Shown here piece after piece: positions 60,980 through 64,000 of a DNA stretch of 64,000 nt (position 1 is the stretch's first letter; every line of letters begins with the position of its first letter). The translations under genes were made by a program, and so were the position numbers. This DNA is from Heterodontus francisci (lineage: Eukaryota), in contig NC_090404.1 of assembly GCF_036365525.1 (NCBI RefSeq), positions 9,858,001-9,922,000 of the forward strand, in the 5' to 3' direction. The notes below the pieces were generated by a model. That model saw only the letters and a program-made list of their open reading frames with translations. It did no database searches and was not told the DNA's origin.

Positions 60980-61470
60980 TGAGCTCAGGAAGAATATATT
61001 GGCCTTGGGAGTAGTGCAACACAATTAGACTGGAATGATAGCGGGGCTAAACGGGTTAAATTAAGAGGACAGGTTTCACAGATGAAACTGCTATCACTTT
61101 GAGTATAGTACGTTAAAGCGTGAGCTAGTTGAGGTGTTTAAGATGTTTATTGGAATTGATGGAGTAGATGGAGGAAAATATTTCCTCTGGTGAGCAGTCC
61201 AGAGCAAAGGGGCATAACTTCCAAATTAGACCAAGTTCATTCCGGGATGATATCAGGAAATCTATTCACACAGTGGGGAGCGGAAATCTGGAATTATCTC
61301 CCTCAACTCTCTCTAGAAGTCGGGCATCAATGAAAAATTTTCATGTTGAGATTGATGGATTGAAGTTAGACAAGAGTAGAAAGGGTTACATATCGGGAGA
61401 CGGTATTAAGATACAGATCAGCCATTGTCTAATTGAATGGCGAAACAAGCTCGAGGGGCTGTTTCTATTA
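60980..61470 (+). mobile_element. old CR1 3' fragment in the CH2-CH3 intron
   Basis: gagcagtccagagcaaaggggcataa..cagatcagccat..tgaatggcg..gctcgaggggctg tail. Confidence 0.65.
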
Positions 61471-62206
61471 CTGCCCTCTGGTCAGATCGCCATCTGACTC
61501 CAGACTGACACATGAGGAGTTGTCACTCGTGACAGATATCAGCAAACTGCCTGACACCGTTATTGAAAATTATTCTCCACCACTAAAAGACTCCTTGAAA
61601 CTGCATTTTCCCGACCTTTCACCCTTCCTCCGCTTGGTTCCTCCTTAATTTCATCTCCTCAAATGTCGTGACAAAGCGCCAGAAAATTAACTTTGTTTCC
61701 TGTTGGACCTAAAATTCAGAATTTCATTTGACACTCGTTTTGAGCCAGTGTGAATTCTATATAGCTCGTGTCCCTGGGTAACAGAGCCATTATAATCAGC
61801 GGAGATGTGATCCGGTGCAAGGATCGATAGATGGGAGGAAATGCGAACATACGAATTCGGAGCAGGAGCAGACCACTCGGCCCCTCGAGCTTGCTCCCGC
61901 AGGGATTTCGGGAAGAACGTTATTCAGTGTGTAACACAATTTCTCCGGCACTTATTCGATTTTTAGGCCGGGTACTTGCTTCATAGCCCATTACAGACTT
62001 CGGTGGGTGCAAGTACACCGTATATGTTAAGGCATCTCCCGGATGCTTTTTCATGTTGTTTTCCTTCCAATAAACAATATTATTTAAAGAACAGCTTGAG
62101 GTTGATATCTCGAAATCGATTTATTTTCATATAGACAGTGAAGGCTAAATATTGGTGTCTGATTCTGAATATGAATCTTTGTTTGACTTTCATTTCTGTT
62201 TTACAG

Positions 62207-62515
62207 TTCCTTGCTCAATCGGTGATCCAGTAATTAAACTACTGCCACCATCAATAGAACAGGTCTTACTGGAGGCGACGGTGACCTTAACCTGCGTCGT
62301 GTCTAATGCTCCTTATGGAGTCAACGTGTCCTGGACACAAGAAAAGAAGCCTTTGAAATCAGAGATTGCCGTCCAACCCGGAGAGGATTCCGACAGTGTG
62401 ATCAGCACCGTAGACATCTCGACACAAGCCTGGCTGAGTGGGGCTGAGTTCTACTGTGTGGTGAGCCATCAGGACCTGCCGACTCCTCTCAGAGCATCTA
62501 TCCATAAGGAAGAAG
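62207..62515 (+). CDS. IGHM: IgM heavy chain constant exon CH3
   Basis: Acceptor ctgttttacag; [50 protein letters not shown]; donor G|gtgagc; 309 nt. Confidence 0.97.
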
Positions 62516-62960
62516 GTGAGCGGTGAGATTGAAGCAATAAGGGAGAGGTTGTGCTTATTTCCAGTGTTTGTACAAGGGGCAATTCGTCCTATTAAATGGT
62601 TGAATGGATTATTCTGATAATTGAATTGTAATTCACTAATGGGCCTCTCCAGAACCATAGATGATGCATTTAAGGGGAAGCTAGATAGGTAGATGATGGA
62701 GAAAGGAATAGAAGGAGATGAAGTGTGGTGGGAGGAGGTTCGTGTGCAGCTTAAACACCAGCACAGGCTAATTGGGCCGAAAGGCCTTTTCCTGTGCTGT
62801 AAATTCTATGTAATATTCCAGAATAATCCTTTATGTTCTCAGCGAGAAGGATTGCATCCGCCTCAGCTCAGGGCTGGAAAGCAGGACATGCCCCAGAGGA
62901 GAAAGGAAAACCTTTCTGGAATTCTCCAGTTTATTGACACTTATTTTAAATTTTCTGCAG

Positions 62961-63352
62961 TTAAAGATCTGCGGGAACCGTTCGTGTCCGTCCTCCTGCC
63001 CCCGGCAGAAGATGTCTCTGCTCAGAGGTTCCTCTCCCTCACCTGCTTAGTGAGAGGTTTCTCTCCCCGAGAGATCTTCATCAAGTGGACCGTCAATGAC
63101 AAGTCGGTGAATCCCGGTAACTACAAGAACACCGAGGTGATGGCGGAGAACGACAATAGGTCCTTCTTCATCTACAGCCTGTTATCCATTGCAGCGGAGG
63201 AGTGGGCCAGCGGCGCTTCTTACTCCTGTGTGGTGGGACATGAAGCGATCCCCTTGAAGATCATCAACAGAACAGTTAATAAATCCAGCGGTAAACCCAG
63301 TTTTGTGAACATTTCCCTTGCACTGTTGGACACTGTTAATTCATGTCAATGA
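62961..63352 (+). CDS. IGHM: IgM heavy chain CH4 + secretory tailpiece
   Basis: Acceptor ttttctgcag; [58 protein letters not shown]-stop (N-glycan site NIS, penultimate Cys). The internal donor G|gtaaac after 63290 serves the TM form; TM exons are not in the window. Confidence 0.98.
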
Positions 63353-63380
63353 GAATCTCACGATTGCATTTCAATACTTA

Positions 63381-63396
63381 AATAAAAACCAATAAA
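63381..63396 (+). terminator. tandem poly(A) signals of the secretory mu mRNA
   Basis: AATAAA at 63381-63386 and 63391-63396, about 30-45 nt after the stop. Confidence 0.85.
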
Positions 63397-64000
63397 GAAC
63401 TTTTCGTCCAATCGCGATTTAAATGCACAACCGCTCAATTAATTTTGCTTCCCACATTTTCTAGGGTAGGTCTATTCATCTAAAGTAGGATTTGTGCAGG
63501 TCTCGGGCGCACGTCTTCTAAAACCAGGGCTCCCAGTTCAGATACAACACAGGATCGCGACAGAGGAAAGCTGATTCATTACAGGATTCCGTAGAGTAAC
63601 TTCGACAATGTTCCTCCCATTGGGACGAAAGCTAAGATTTTCCATTTTCTAACAAACAAAAGCAGCACAGTTAGATCTCGGTGTGCCTGCTTTTGTGTTG
63701 TCCATCCCTTCAGAATCGGGGTCAGTTTTAAGTTGCAGCACACGAAGCACTGGGAACTGAAGTGAGGGCGCCAGACGAATACCAACAATATCCAAAATCA
63801 CCCAATACATAGAGGGGAAAAGATAGTTCATCAACTCACTGTACCACCGCTTCCTAAACAGAGAGAGCAAAAGGGCAATTGTTAATCCACTGTAACTCCA
63901 CTTCTGGAATAGAGAGAGGGCAAAGGCAATTGTGAACCGTCTGTGCACCTCCCCCCAATTCCTCCAACAGATAAAGGAGCAAGGGCATTTTTTAACCCAT

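Noticed and set aside
62693-62960. N-terminal 89 aa of the 219-aa ORF
   Set aside because: Intronic read-through (partly a CR1 tail) upstream of the true CH4 acceptor.
63278-63283. AATAAA inside CH4
   Set aside because: It lies in the coding sequence (VNK codons) before the tailpiece; proper signals follow the stop.

Overview
Cartilaginous-fish (shark) genomic DNA. The Ig constant-region protein closely resembles horn shark (Heterodontus) IgM as I recall it; no database check was possible. The right end holds an intact secretory IgM heavy-chain constant region: CH1 59784-60080, CH2 60283-60600, CH3 62207-62515 and CH4+tailpiece 62961-63352. I found no VH, D, JH or RSS in the ~59.7 kb upstream, although shark IgM clusters normally carry V-D-D-J about 10 kb before CH1. 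Instead, a signal-peptide-like exon (ATG 58248, phase-1 donor T|GTAAGT after 58323) would splice in frame to CH1 and give a 463-aa V-less secreted mu chain; this is the top finding. Further upstream, an inverted duplication places two convergent CTCF motifs (33275+, 46735-) around a minisatellite with ~19 perfect DR3 nuclear-receptor elements and an Ets/Runx/E-box cluster. The rest is retroelement-dense: a full-length RTE with intact ORF, TSD and an HDV-like ribozyme candidate; young and nested CR1 LINEs; an L2 remnant; Penelope remnants with hammerhead motifs; and SINEs. It also has C2H2 zinc-finger gene relics, tRNA pseudogenes, minisatellites and one 262-N assembly gap. Repeat boundaries are approximate.
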